This document shows positions 18,718-27,247 of a stretch of DNA of 29,464 nt, piece by piece. Both the position numbers and the translations under genes were made by a program. The notes beneath the pieces are model-generated. The model saw nothing but the letters and a program-made list of their open reading frames with translations. It made no database searches and was not told where the DNA came from. Location: contig JAFYMV010000074.1 in assembly GCA_017548225.1 (NCBI GenBank), forward strand, positions 1 through 29,464, read 5' to 3'. This DNA is from Bacteroidaceae bacterium. Its GTDB lineage: Bacteria; Bacteroidota; Bacteroidia; Bacteroidales; Bacteroidaceae. The stretch's first letter is position 1. Every line of letters begins with the position of its first letter.

Positions 18718-18787
18718 GTCAGTCCAGAGCCTTCTGGACTGCAGTCCAACGCCTTTTGGACTCGAGTCCGGGAGGCTCTGGACTGAC
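18718..18787. repeat. REP-like palindromic element of three 20-nt hairpin units
   Basis: AGTCCAGAGCCTTCTGGACT (18721-18740), AGTCCAACGCCTTTTGGACT (18743-18762), and AGTCCGGGAGGCTCTGGACT (18765-18784, inverted). The whole element has a 23-bp inverted repeat with 2 G-U positions. Confidence 0.85.
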
Positions 18788-18853
18788 AAGAGGACAGAAG
18801 CGACAATCTGAAAGCAAAAGCGCTAAAAATTTCTTCATTTGCAAGGTTTTTTG

Positions 18854-18861
18854 TACTTTTG
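18854..18861 (+). promoter_or_regulatory. Probable -7 box of metG promoter
   Basis: TACTTTTG 27 nt before the ATG; no clean TTTG at canonical spacing. Confidence 0.45.
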
Positions 18862-18888
18862 TCAATCAGAATATAATAACATAAGTAT

Positions 18889-20949
18889 ATGGAAAAGAAA
18901 TTCAAGAGAACGACCGTCACTTCGGCACTTCCCTATGCCAACGGTCCTGTACATATTGGTCATTTGGCGGGTGTGTATGTGCCTGCAGATATCTATGTGC
19001 GCTATCTTCGTCTCAAGGGCGAAGAGGTGCTCTTTGTGGGTGGATCTGACGAGCATGGTGTGCCCGTTACTCAGCGTGCCCGCAAGGAGGGCATCACTCC
19101 GCAGGATGTAGTAGATCGCTATCATAACATCATCAAGAATAGCTTCAAGGAGTTTGGTATTTCGTTTGATGTATATAGCCGTACCACATCGGATGTGCAT
19201 CACAAGTTTGCGTCGGACTTCTTCCGTAAGCTCTACGATGAGGGCAAGCTGGTGGAGCAGTCTACCAAGCAGTTCTACGATGAGAAGACCGAGAAGTTCC
19301 TCACTGACCGCGATGTAGTGGGCGAGTGCCCCTATTGCCACAAGCAGGCCTATGGAAACCAGTGCGAAGAGGGTTGTGGACGCGCTCTTGAACCCACAGA
19401 ACTTATCAATCCCCGTTCGAAGGAAACAGGTGAGACTCCCGTGCTCAAGGAGACCAAGAACTGGTACCTCCCCCTCAACGAGTATCAGCAGTGGTTGAAG
19501 GAGTGGATTCTCGAAAATCACAAGGAATGGCGTCCCAATGTATATGGCCAGTGCAAGTCTTGGCTCGACATGGACTTGCAGCCTCGTGCCATGACCCGCG
19601 ACCTTGACTGGGGTATCCCTGTACCTGTAGAGGGTGCTGACGGCAAGGTGCTCTATGTATGGTTTGATGCGCCTATCGGATATATATCAAACACCAAGGA
19701 ACTCTGTGACAATGAACCCGAAAAGTGGGGTTCTTGGGAGAAATGGTGGCAGGATGAGGATACACGCTTGCTTCACTTCATCGGTAAGGACAACATCGTG
19801 TTCCACTGCATCATCTTCCCCGTGATGATGAAGGCCCACGGCAAATATGTGATGCCCGACAATGTACCTAGCAATGAGTTCCTCAACCTCGAGGACGACA
19901 AGATCTCAACCTCACGCAACTGGGCGGTGTGGTTGCACGAGTATCTTGTGGACTTCCCCGGCAAGCAGGATGTGTTGCGCTATGTGCTCACTGCCAATGC
20001 TCCCGAAACAAAGGACAATAACTTCACTTGGAAGGACTTCCAGGCACGCAACAATAATGAGCTCGTGGCCGTATATGGTAACTTCGTGAACCGTGCCCTC
20101 GTGCTCACTCACAAGTATTTTGATGGTAAGGTGCCCGCATGTGGCGAACTCACCGACTATGATAAGGCCACCATCGCCGAATTTATGGATGTGAAGGCCG
20201 AGGTAGAGAAACTGCTCGATGGCTTCAAGTTCCGTGAGGCACAGAAGGAGGCGATGAATCTTGCCCGTATCGGTAACAAGTATCTCGCTGACACCGAGCC
20301 TTGGAAACTTGCCAAGACCGACATGGAGCGCGTAGGCACTATCCTCAACCTTTCACTTCAGTTGGCGGCTAACCTCGCCATTGCTTTCGAGCCCTTCTTG
20401 CCCTTCAGCAGTGAGAAGTTGCGCGGCATGCTTGGTATGGAAAACTTCGAGTGGGAACAGCTCGGTCGTACCGATCTCCTCGTTGCTGGTCACCAGCTCG
20501 GCAAGGCAGAACTCTTGTTCGAGAAGATTGAAGACAGCGCTATCGACGCACAGATGCAGCGCCTCGAAGATATCAAGAAGGCCAATGAGGCTGCTAGCTA
20601 CAAGGCTGAGCCCGTGAAACCCCTCGTGTCGTTTGAAGATTGGGAGAAACTCGACATCCGTGTAGGTACCGTACTCGAGTGCGAGCGCGTGCCCAAGATG
20701 AAGAAGCTCCTCAAGTTCAAGATTGCCGACGGCCTCAATGACCGTACTATTGTGAGCGGTATCGCTGAGCACTATGCCCCCGAGGAGCTCGTAGGCAAGC
20801 AGGTACTCTTCATCGCCAACTTTGCTCCCCGCCAGTTCAAGAACGGCCTCGTGAGCGAAGGCATGATCCTCAGCGCCGTAGACTACGATGGCTCACTTGC
20901 CGTGACTTCACTCCTTCGCGAGGTGAAACCCGGCAGCCAAGTAGGATAA
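18889..20949 (+). CDS. metG: Methionine--tRNA ligase with C-terminal tRNA-binding domain
   Basis: [10 protein letters not shown] (HIGH), GSDEHG, Cys4 knuckle, [25 protein letters not shown] (KMSKS-like), and C-terminal LDIRVG…RTIVSGI…SEGMIL. Confidence 0.98.
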   Translation: MEKKFKRTTVTSALPYANGPVHIGHLAGVYVPADIYVRYLRLKGEEVLFVGGSDEHGVPVTQRARKEGITPQDVVDRYHNIIKNSFKEFGISFDVYSRTTSDVHHKFASDFFRKLYDEGKLVEQSTKQFYDEKTEKFLTDRDVVGECPYCHKQAYGNQCEEGCGRALEPTELINPRSKETGETPVLKETKNWYLPLNEYQQWLKEWILENHKEWRPNVYGQCKSWLDMDLQPRAMTRDLDWGIPVPVEGADGKVLYVWFDAPIGYISNTKELCDNEPEKWGSWEKWWQDEDTRLLHFIGKDNIVFHCIIFPVMMKAHGKYVMPDNVPSNEFLNLEDDKISTSRNWAVWLHEYLVDFPGKQDVLRYVLTANAPETKDNNFTWKDFQARNNNELVAVYGNFVNRALVLTHKYFDGKVPACGELTDYDKATIAEFMDVKAEVEKLLDGFKFREAQKEAMNLARIGNKYLADTEPWKLAKTDMERVGTILNLSLQLAANLAIAFEPFLPFSSEKLRGMLGMENFEWEQLGRTDLLVAGHQLGKAELLFEKIEDSAIDAQMQRLEDIKKANEAASYKAEPVKPLVSFEDWEKLDIRVGTVLECERVPKMKKLLKFKIADGLNDRTIVSGIAEHYAPEELVGKQVLFIANFAPRQFKNGLVSEGMILSAVDYDGSLAVTSLLREVKPGSQVG

Positions 20950-20963
20950 TTACACATAGATAG

Positions 20964-21020
20964 ACTGCAATATCAATGCATAGTGACTTAGTGCCTATGT
21001 AAGGGTATTGCAGTTTTTTT
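20964..21020 (+). terminator. Long interrupted hairpin plus T-run after metG
   Basis: ACTGCAATAT pairs with GTATTGCAGT, inner TGCATAG pairs with CTATGTA, followed by a T-run to 21020. Confidence 0.65.
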
Positions 21021-21031
21021 ACATCTTTACC

Positions 21032-21063
21032 TCTGCAAAAGTACAATAAAAGTTTTATCTTTG
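21032..21063 (+). promoter_or_regulatory. Promoter of glycan locus, back-to-back with a minus-strand -7 box
   Basis: TCTG (21032-21035), 20 nt, TATCTTTG (21056-21063); CAAAAGTA at 21036-21043 reads TACTTTTG on the minus strand. Confidence 0.6.
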
Positions 21064-21087
21064 TACGCAGGAAGGAAGTATACAGTC

Positions 21088-23010
21088 ATGGTAGATAGAC
21101 CCAAAATATCCGTTGTTGTAGCCGTATACAATGCCGAGAAGTCTCTCAGGCGTTGTGTTGATAGTTTGTTGGCGCAGACTTTCGGGGATTTTGAGGTGTT
21201 ATTGATAGATGATGGTAGCACTGATAAGTCTGGGATGATATGTGATGAATATGTAAAGAAAGATAAGCGCTTTCGAGTGTTTCATCAAGCCAATGGGGGA
21301 GTAGCTGCTGTTCGTCAGAAAGGCATTGATATGGCATTAGGTACCTATTCTATTCATGTTGATTCCGATGACTGGATAGAGCCTACCATGTTGGCTGAGC
21401 TATATGATGAGGCGTTGAAAACCGATGCCGATATGGTGTTATGTGATTATTATGAAGACGATGGGCATGCATCCCAATATAGATCTCAACAATTAGAAGA
21501 TTTTTCGACAGATGGGTTGATTCGAGGAATTCTGAAAGGGCAACTCATGGGCGTGTTGTGGAATAAATTGATTCGTCATGACATTTATAAGAAGTATAAC
21601 GCTCATTTTATAGTAGGGATAAATCACAGTGAAGATGTACTGATATGTATGCAACTGTTGCTTCAGCGTATATCGGTGGTGTATATGGGGAGCGCATACT
21701 ATCATTATGATACGACCAACACTGACTCAATAACAAGAAATTATACCGCTGCAACATACGATATGAGGAAACGCTATATTGCAGCGTTGCAATCGCTCTT
21801 GCCCTCAACTTTTCAAAATTATGTTGATATAGCAGCTTTTCAAGTTAAGGTCGGAGCATTTGTTAATGGGGTAATGTCGGCCAAAGAGTATAAGGCATAC
21901 TATCCCTTATCTATGAAGCATATTTTGACTTCGAATCATTCTCCTCGCATAAAGGTAGCCTTTATGTTGGCTAATATGGGCTTGTTCGGGATAGGTAAGT
22001 GGTTCTATAAAACATATTCAAATCACAAGAAGCAAAAATCTCGCAACATATTGTTATGGGGAGATTATATGCTAAATGCAGGACCAAGTAATGTTCATCG
22101 TTCGCTTATAATGCATTCGGGCGGAGAATTGGACCATGTAAAAAGTCGTAAGAAATATGCCAGGTACATAGAACTTGCTTGGAAATGCCTTATGGCAGAT
22201 GTGGTCATTCTACCTTCATTCTCCTCGCCGCAAGATGTTAAATTGATTCGAATGCTATGTCGGAAACTTGTGTGTATCTCTCATGGTTGTTTGAAGTTGG
22301 AGAGCGTTATTAATCATCAAAGTTGTGAGCAAGAAAGGGTGGAGAAGGGTGAACGATTTGTGTTTGACTCTGCAAAATCCATTGTTTGTGTTTCTGAGAA
22401 ACATATGCAGTTGCTGAAAACTCAATATCCTGAATTCTCGTCAAAGATGACATTCGTCAATAATGGGTTGGAAATATCTCCTCGCAATCAGGTAGAGAAA
22501 GTTCCATGCACTATAGCTGTTAGTGGTGGAAATAGGAGCATAAAAAATAATATCTATGTTTGTCAAGCCATACAATTGCTCAATGATTCAGGATTCCACT
22601 GTAAAATAAGTGTTTTTGGTAGAAATTACCCCGAATGTGAGGACCTAGGAAAGTACTCGTGTGTAGAGTATGTTGGTCAGTTGGATAAGGATGAGTATTA
22701 CAAACGATTGGATAAGATTGCTCTTTTTGTGATAGCCTCAGAATTAGAGCCTTTTGGATTGGTTGTTGGTGATGCACTTAACTGTCATTGTTCTATGCTG
22801 ATGTCCCGTAATATAGGTGCTTCTGCTATTATGAAAACGCGAGAAGAAGACTTTGTAAATAACCCGAGAGATATTGATGAACTGGCAGCATGTATTCGTC
22901 ATTTGTTATATCACCCTAACGCAGAGCGATTATTACATTCGGTAGATGTTCGCGAATGTTCAGAATTGGTGTCTTGGAAAAAGTTAAAAGCAATTTGTTA
23001 TAAGGTGTAA
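21088..23010 (+). CDS. Bifunctional glycosyltransferase: N-terminal GT2 (GT-A) fused to C-terminal GT4-like (GT-B) domain
   Basis: GT2: ISVVVAVYNAE, IDDGSTD, NGGVAAVRQKG, VDSDD, LWNKL, SEDV. GT4-like: ILLWGD…GPSNV, ISHG, IVCVSE, VNNGL, VGQL, SELEPFGLVVGDAL. Start set at ATG 21088 because TTG 21061 lies inside the promoter. Confidence 0.82.
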   Translation: MVDRPKISVVVAVYNAEKSLRRCVDSLLAQTFGDFEVLLIDDGSTDKSGMICDEYVKKDKRFRVFHQANGGVAAVRQKGIDMALGTYSIHVDSDDWIEPTMLAELYDEALKTDADMVLCDYYEDDGHASQYRSQQLEDFSTDGLIRGILKGQLMGVLWNKLIRHDIYKKYNAHFIVGINHSEDVLICMQLLLQRISVVYMGSAYYHYDTTNTDSITRNYTAATYDMRKRYIAALQSLLPSTFQNYVDIAAFQVKVGAFVNGVMSAKEYKAYYPLSMKHILTSNHSPRIKVAFMLANMGLFGIGKWFYKTYSNHKKQKSRNILLWGDYMLNAGPSNVHRSLIMHSGGELDHVKSRKKYARYIELAWKCLMADVVILPSFSSPQDVKLIRMLCRKLVCISHGCLKLESVINHQSCEQERVEKGERFVFDSAKSIVCVSEKHMQLLKTQYPEFSSKMTFVNNGLEISPRNQVEKVPCTIAVSGGNRSIKNNIYVCQAIQLLNDSGFHCKISVFGRNYPECEDLGKYSCVEYVGQLDKDEYYKRLDKIALFVIASELEPFGLVVGDALNCHCSMLMSRNIGASAIMKTREEDFVNNPRDIDELAACIRHLLYHPNAERLLHSVDVRECSELVSWKKLKAICYKV

Positions 23011-23013
23011 GGC

Positions 23014-24135
23014 ATGAATAATGTTTTGAACATAAAGAATTGCTTTGGATGCGGGGTGTGTGCCGTCGTTTGTGCAAAAAAAATTATTAGCATTAAACAA
23101 GATAGCGAAGGCTTCTATGCACCTTGTATTGTAAATTTGGAGCAATGTACCGATTGTGGACTTTGTACCAAGGTGTGTGCCTATTCACATAAAGAGGTGT
23201 TGGATTGTAATACTACTCCTCAAGGTTATGCTGCTTGGAGTACCGATGTTGTCGTTCGAAAGAACTGTTCGTCGGGTGGTGTGGGTTTTGAAATAGGACG
23301 CTCACTGCTTGATAAGGGATACAAGCTTTGTGGTGTATGCTATGATGTTCCCTCCCATAAAGCAAAGCATTACATAGCCTCTACCCTTGCGGAGTGGCAG
23401 GACTCAAAGGGGAGTAAATATATACAAAGCTATACGGTAGATGCTTTTAAGGCCATTGACCGTAAGGAAAGGTGGCTGGTAACGGGTACTCCCTGCCAAA
23501 TAGATTCTTTTCGGCGTTATTTGAGAATGTTTAATGCCGAAGAAAATTTTGTTTTGTTGGATTTCTTTTGTCATGGTGTACCCTCTAAACTCGTGTGGGA
23601 TAAGTATATCGCCGAGGTAGAAAAGAAGCTAGGCAGGGTAGAATCGGTGTCGTGGCGTAGCAAGGAGTATGGTTGGAATGACTCCTGGGTGATGAAATTG
23701 CAGTGCGACGAAGGGGATATTTGGCATGTTTCACGCCGTTCACAAGGTGATGCTTTTTATCAACTTTTTTTGGGCAATCAGTGTCTAGGGAAGGCTTGCT
23801 ATGCTCATTGCAAATACAAAGATCTTAGTTCGGCAGCAGATATACGCATCGGGGACCTTTGGGGTGCAGCATATAAAGAGAATGAAGAGGGCGTGAGTGC
23901 ACTCATCGGACTTACAAAGAAGGGGCAGCAGGTAATTCAGAATACTGATCGCATTGAACGAACCTCTCATGATATGAATATTGTTCTTGAGGGGCAGATG
24001 AAGCACACGCTTAGTTATCCATGTATTATGCGTCCTTTACAACTTTTTTTGTCGAGAACAAAAGTGCCGATAGCCTTTCAGGCACTGGTTTCTAAATATA
24101 CAAACAAACTTAAAAGTCGCCTTCAAATCCCATGA
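23014..24135 (+). CDS. FrhB-like protein (2x 4Fe-4S ferredoxin plus coenzyme F420 hydrogenase beta-subunit-like domain)
   Basis: CFGCGVCAVVC and CTDCGLCTKVC; SSGG, GSKYIQS, GTPCQI, DFFCHGVPS, CYAHCKY, ADIRIGDLWG. Confidence 0.85.
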   Translation: MNNVLNIKNCFGCGVCAVVCAKKIISIKQDSEGFYAPCIVNLEQCTDCGLCTKVCAYSHKEVLDCNTTPQGYAAWSTDVVVRKNCSSGGVGFEIGRSLLDKGYKLCGVCYDVPSHKAKHYIASTLAEWQDSKGSKYIQSYTVDAFKAIDRKERWLVTGTPCQIDSFRRYLRMFNAEENFVLLDFFCHGVPSKLVWDKYIAEVEKKLGRVESVSWRSKEYGWNDSWVMKLQCDEGDIWHVSRRSQGDAFYQLFLGNQCLGKACYAHCKYKDLSSAADIRIGDLWGAAYKENEEGVSALIGLTKKGQQVIQNTDRIERTSHDMNIVLEGQMKHTLSYPCIMRPLQLFLSRTKVPIAFQALVSKYTNKLKSRLQIP

Positions 24136-25271
24136 AGAGAATAGGAATACTTACCATGCATCGAGTGCAGAACTATGGTTCTGCGCTGCAGGCCTATGCT
24201 CTGCAAGAGTATGTCAATCGTTTGGGTTATGATGCAGAACTGATAGATTATATTTTCCCAAATGATAGTCACAAGCATCATCGCCCTTTTAGAAAACGCA
24301 TTAAGAGCGCTCTCTTCAAATGGGCTTTTTATTTTCCATTGCTCCGCAAAAGTAAACGATTTGCTCGTTTTTATGAGGGATACTATAATTGCTCGCAACA
24401 ACAGTTTGCAAGTCCCGACAGCCTTGCCAAGTTCGCTTATCCTTATGATGTTTTGGTAACAGGAAGTGATCAAGTGTGGAATCCGATACATGTTCTCACA
24501 GATACCTCTTTCTTCTTATCTTTTGGACAGCCGCATACTCCTAAGATTGCCTATGCTCCCAGTTTTTCATTGGCATCTGTTACGGCAGATTTTGCTATGG
24601 TCATTCGTTCGTTTTTGGAAAGTTACAGGCATTTGTCTGTGCGTGAGAAATCGGGACTTAATATCGTAAAGGGACTTATTGGCAAGGAAGTTGAGATGGT
24701 GTGTGATCCGACCTTGCTGCTTACGAAAGAGGAGTGGGGTGTGTTGGCCGAACAATCAAGCATAAGAATAGACGAACCCTATATTTTGGTGTATGTATTG
24801 AGTTATGCTTATAATCCTTATCCCGAGATTAGCGCTATCATCGAACAGGTGCAAAAAGAGTTGAATATGCCATTGATACTATTGGATGCGCCAATTCTGG
24901 ATATGAAGTTCAATAATGCTCGTTTTATCAAAGATGCTGGTCCTTTAGAATTCTTATATTTGGTGCAGCATGCATCATTCGTCATCACGACCTCATTTCA
25001 TGGTACGGCCTTTGCGCTTAATTTTGGCATTCCTTTCTATTCGGTAATCAGGGATCATAGTGGATTTGATACTCGTATGATGGATCTCATTGATGTCGTA
25101 GGAGCTGATAGGGCCATTGTGTACAATAAGCCAATAGATCGTCCTTTAGAAATGAATTATAGCATTGTATCAGAACGCATAGAGTTTTTACGCAGCCGTT
25201 CGCAAGAGTATCTTAAGCGGAGTTTGGGTGAGAGTGTTGTTTTTGCTGATAATACTTGTTCGTCATTATGA
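24132..25271 (+). CDS. Polysaccharide pyruvyl transferase family protein
   Basis: NYGSALQAYALQ, VTGSDQVWN, IAYAPSF, LSVREKSG, VCDPTLLL, GPLEFL, TTSFHGTAF; ATGA overlap with the upstream gene. Confidence 0.9.
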   Translation: MKRIGILTMHRVQNYGSALQAYALQEYVNRLGYDAELIDYIFPNDSHKHHRPFRKRIKSALFKWAFYFPLLRKSKRFARFYEGYYNCSQQQFASPDSLAKFAYPYDVLVTGSDQVWNPIHVLTDTSFFLSFGQPHTPKIAYAPSFSLASVTADFAMVIRSFLESYRHLSVREKSGLNIVKGLIGKEVEMVCDPTLLLTKEEWGVLAEQSSIRIDEPYILVYVLSYAYNPYPEISAIIEQVQKELNMPLILLDAPILDMKFNNARFIKDAGPLEFLYLVQHASFVITTSFHGTAFALNFGIPFYSVIRDHSGFDTRMMDLIDVVGADRAIVYNKPIDRPLEMNYSIVSERIEFLRSRSQEYLKRSLGESVVFADNTCSSL

Positions 25272-26227
25272 AACTATCCCTTATCATACCCGTTTATAAT
25301 GTAGAGCAATACATATCACATTGCTTGCAGAGTTGTTTGTGTCAGCCGTCTGTTGGGGTGGATGATTACGAATTAGTAGTTGTCAATGATGGCACTAAAG
25401 ACAATAGTATGCAGATTGTGGAAGAAATGACACGAGGATGCTCTAATGTCACCATTATAAATCAATGCAATCAAGGACTTAGTATGGCTCGCAATGCAGG
25501 ACTTAGGGCTGCCAAGGGGGAATATGTTTGGTTTATTGATTCCGATGATTGGATTGAGGAGGGATGCTTGTCTGGCATTCTAGAGCGACTAAAAAACACT
25601 AAGGTGGATGGCTTACAACTGCAATATAGAAATGTGTATTCTGATGCTACTCCGTTTGATGAGCACTATTCTACGATAGATGGTGTTGTTAGTGGCAAGG
25701 ACTGGCTTGTAGAGGATGAATTCTTTATTCCCGTTCCATTCATGGTTTATCGTCGTGAATTTCTTTTACAGAATAATTTGTCTTTTTATCCAGGCATTTA
25801 TCACGAAGATAACGACTTTAAACCGCGCATGCTTTTTCTTGCGAAGACTTGCGCTTCCTATGATAAGGTAGCATACAACTATTATAGAGGGAATATGAAT
25901 AGTATAACTGCTACTCCTAAGTTGAGGAATGGGCAAGATATTTTTCTTGTGATGAATAGATTATACTCATTTGTTGATGAATACAATATTCAAGGAAGAT
26001 ATCGCCGTGCTTTTTATACGCAAATAGGTAATGCCATGAAAATGGCTTTGCGTATATTACAGCAACTTAATGTTGCTGATGCAAATATCTTGATTGATTT
26101 AATGCGACAGAATCCTCATTTGTTCAAATGCATGTGTAGTGCTGATAAATGGAGAATTCAGCTTGGCGGATTACTGATGTATCTGCATCTTCCCTTGGGC
26201 TTGAGAATATTCAAATTGTATGTATAA
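25268..26227 (+). CDS. Glycosyltransferase family 2
   Basis: LSLIIPVYNVEQY, VVNDGTKD, NQGLSMARNAG, FIDSDD, YHEDNDF; ATG 25268 overlaps the upstream TGA (ATGA). Confidence 0.9.
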   Translation: MKLSLIIPVYNVEQYISHCLQSCLCQPSVGVDDYELVVVNDGTKDNSMQIVEEMTRGCSNVTIINQCNQGLSMARNAGLRAAKGEYVWFIDSDDWIEEGCLSGILERLKNTKVDGLQLQYRNVYSDATPFDEHYSTIDGVVSGKDWLVEDEFFIPVPFMVYRREFLLQNNLSFYPGIYHEDNDFKPRMLFLAKTCASYDKVAYNYYRGNMNSITATPKLRNGQDIFLVMNRLYSFVDEYNIQGRYRRAFYTQIGNAMKMALRILQQLNVADANILIDLMRQNPHLFKCMCSADKWRIQLGGLLMYLHLPLGLRIFKLYV

Positions 26228-26242
26228 AAGCAATTTTGTTTT

Positions 26243-27247
26243 ATGTGTAAGGTCTCGATAATCGTTCCCATATATAATGCATCCTCTTATATTGAGGAGT
26301 GCCTATCTTCTCTTGTGGCACAAACAATGGATGACATTGAAATCTTGCTCGTTGATGATCATGGAGGCGATGATAGTATAGCTATTGCGCGGCGATTTGT
26401 CGAGACGCATCCCAGTGGTAAGTATTTTCAATTTCTTGCCACACCTTATAACATGGGACCAGGACCAGCACGAAACATAGGGATTGAAGCTGCACGAGGT
26501 AAATATGTAGGTTTTGTTGATAGTGATGATGTCATAGAACCCGATTTTTGCGAGCAACTTTATCAAGCGGCTGAAGCACATAATGCTGATTTGACTTACT
26601 GTCAGGCTATGTTGGTAAAACCAACGGAAACGACACTTATCACCAATCCTGTCATAGAGAGTGGAGGGTTTTGTGGCGATAAACGACGCTATTTTCTTAC
26701 TCATTATACAACATTGTTTGTGTCGTTTTTTTACAATCGTATGTTGTTGAATGAATATGGTATTCGTTTCCCTTCTACACGCAGTGCTGAGGATAGTTAT
26801 TTCCTTACTTGTTCTTTGTTGGCGGCCAAGCGTATAGCTTGTGTTGACAGGCCTCTCTACCGCTATCTTGTACATGGAGATTCTCTTTCCGAAGTACGCA
26901 ATCCCAAACGATATATTGATAAAATCAAGTCATTCGACCTGCTCATGCAATTTGCTCATGAACATGGGCTTTACGAGGCCAACAAGAATGAATTGGATTA
27001 TATCTACTTGAAAAAAGGCTATCTTCTTGGCGTGCTCACTTATATCTACAATGAGGAGTATCCACAAGTGTTTACTATGTGCAGATTACACTCCCACTTG
27101 GTTGATTATGTGCCCTGTTACAAGGAAAATCCCTATTACCATGTCGATTGCAAATTGCGCTTGCTCCATACGCTTACTCGTCAAGGTGCACGCTTATCTT
27201 TTAAGATACTACCTTGGTATATTCGCAAATCAGGAATGAAATTATAA
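26243..27247 (+). CDS. Glycosyltransferase family 2
   Basis: VSIIVPIYNA, VDDHGGDDS, GPGPARNIG, FVDSDD, SAEDSYF. Confidence 0.9.
   Translation: MCKVSIIVPIYNASSYIEECLSSLVAQTMDDIEILLVDDHGGDDSIAIARRFVETHPSGKYFQFLATPYNMGPGPARNIGIEAARGKYVGFVDSDDVIEPDFCEQLYQAAEAHNADLTYCQAMLVKPTETTLITNPVIESGGFCGDKRRYFLTHYTTLFVSFFYNRMLLNEYGIRFPSTRSAEDSYFLTCSLLAAKRIACVDRPLYRYLVHGDSLSEVRNPKRYIDKIKSFDLLMQFAHEHGLYEANKNELDYIYLKKGYLLGVLTYIYNEEYPQVFTMCRLHSHLVDYVPCYKENPYYHVDCKLRLLHTLTRQGARLSFKILPWYIRKSGMKL

Noticed and set aside
18721-18784. Three palindromic repeats as a mini-CRISPR
   Set aside because: The spacers are only 2 nt, the third unit is inverted, and no cas genes are present. It is treated as REP-like instead.
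18672-18920. ORFs 18672-18884 (+) and 18537-18920 (-) across the repeat
   Set aside because: They run through a stop-poor palindrome and the metG promoter, with no recognisable protein features.
18862-20772. Long antisense ORFs opposite metG (e.g. 219 aa at 18862-19521, 139 aa at 20353-20772)
   Set aside because: These are shadow frames expected from the codon bias of a GC-rich gene; they have no motifs.
21061-21087. TTG start for the GT2-GT4 fusion given by the ORF track
   Set aside because: The TTG is part of the TATCTTTG promoter box; ATG 21088 gives a normal GT2 N-terminus.
23014-24135. Literal F420-dependent hydrogenase or methanogen-derived gene
   Set aside because: No hydrogenase large subunit, maturation genes or F420 biosynthesis genes are present, and the context is glycan synthesis.
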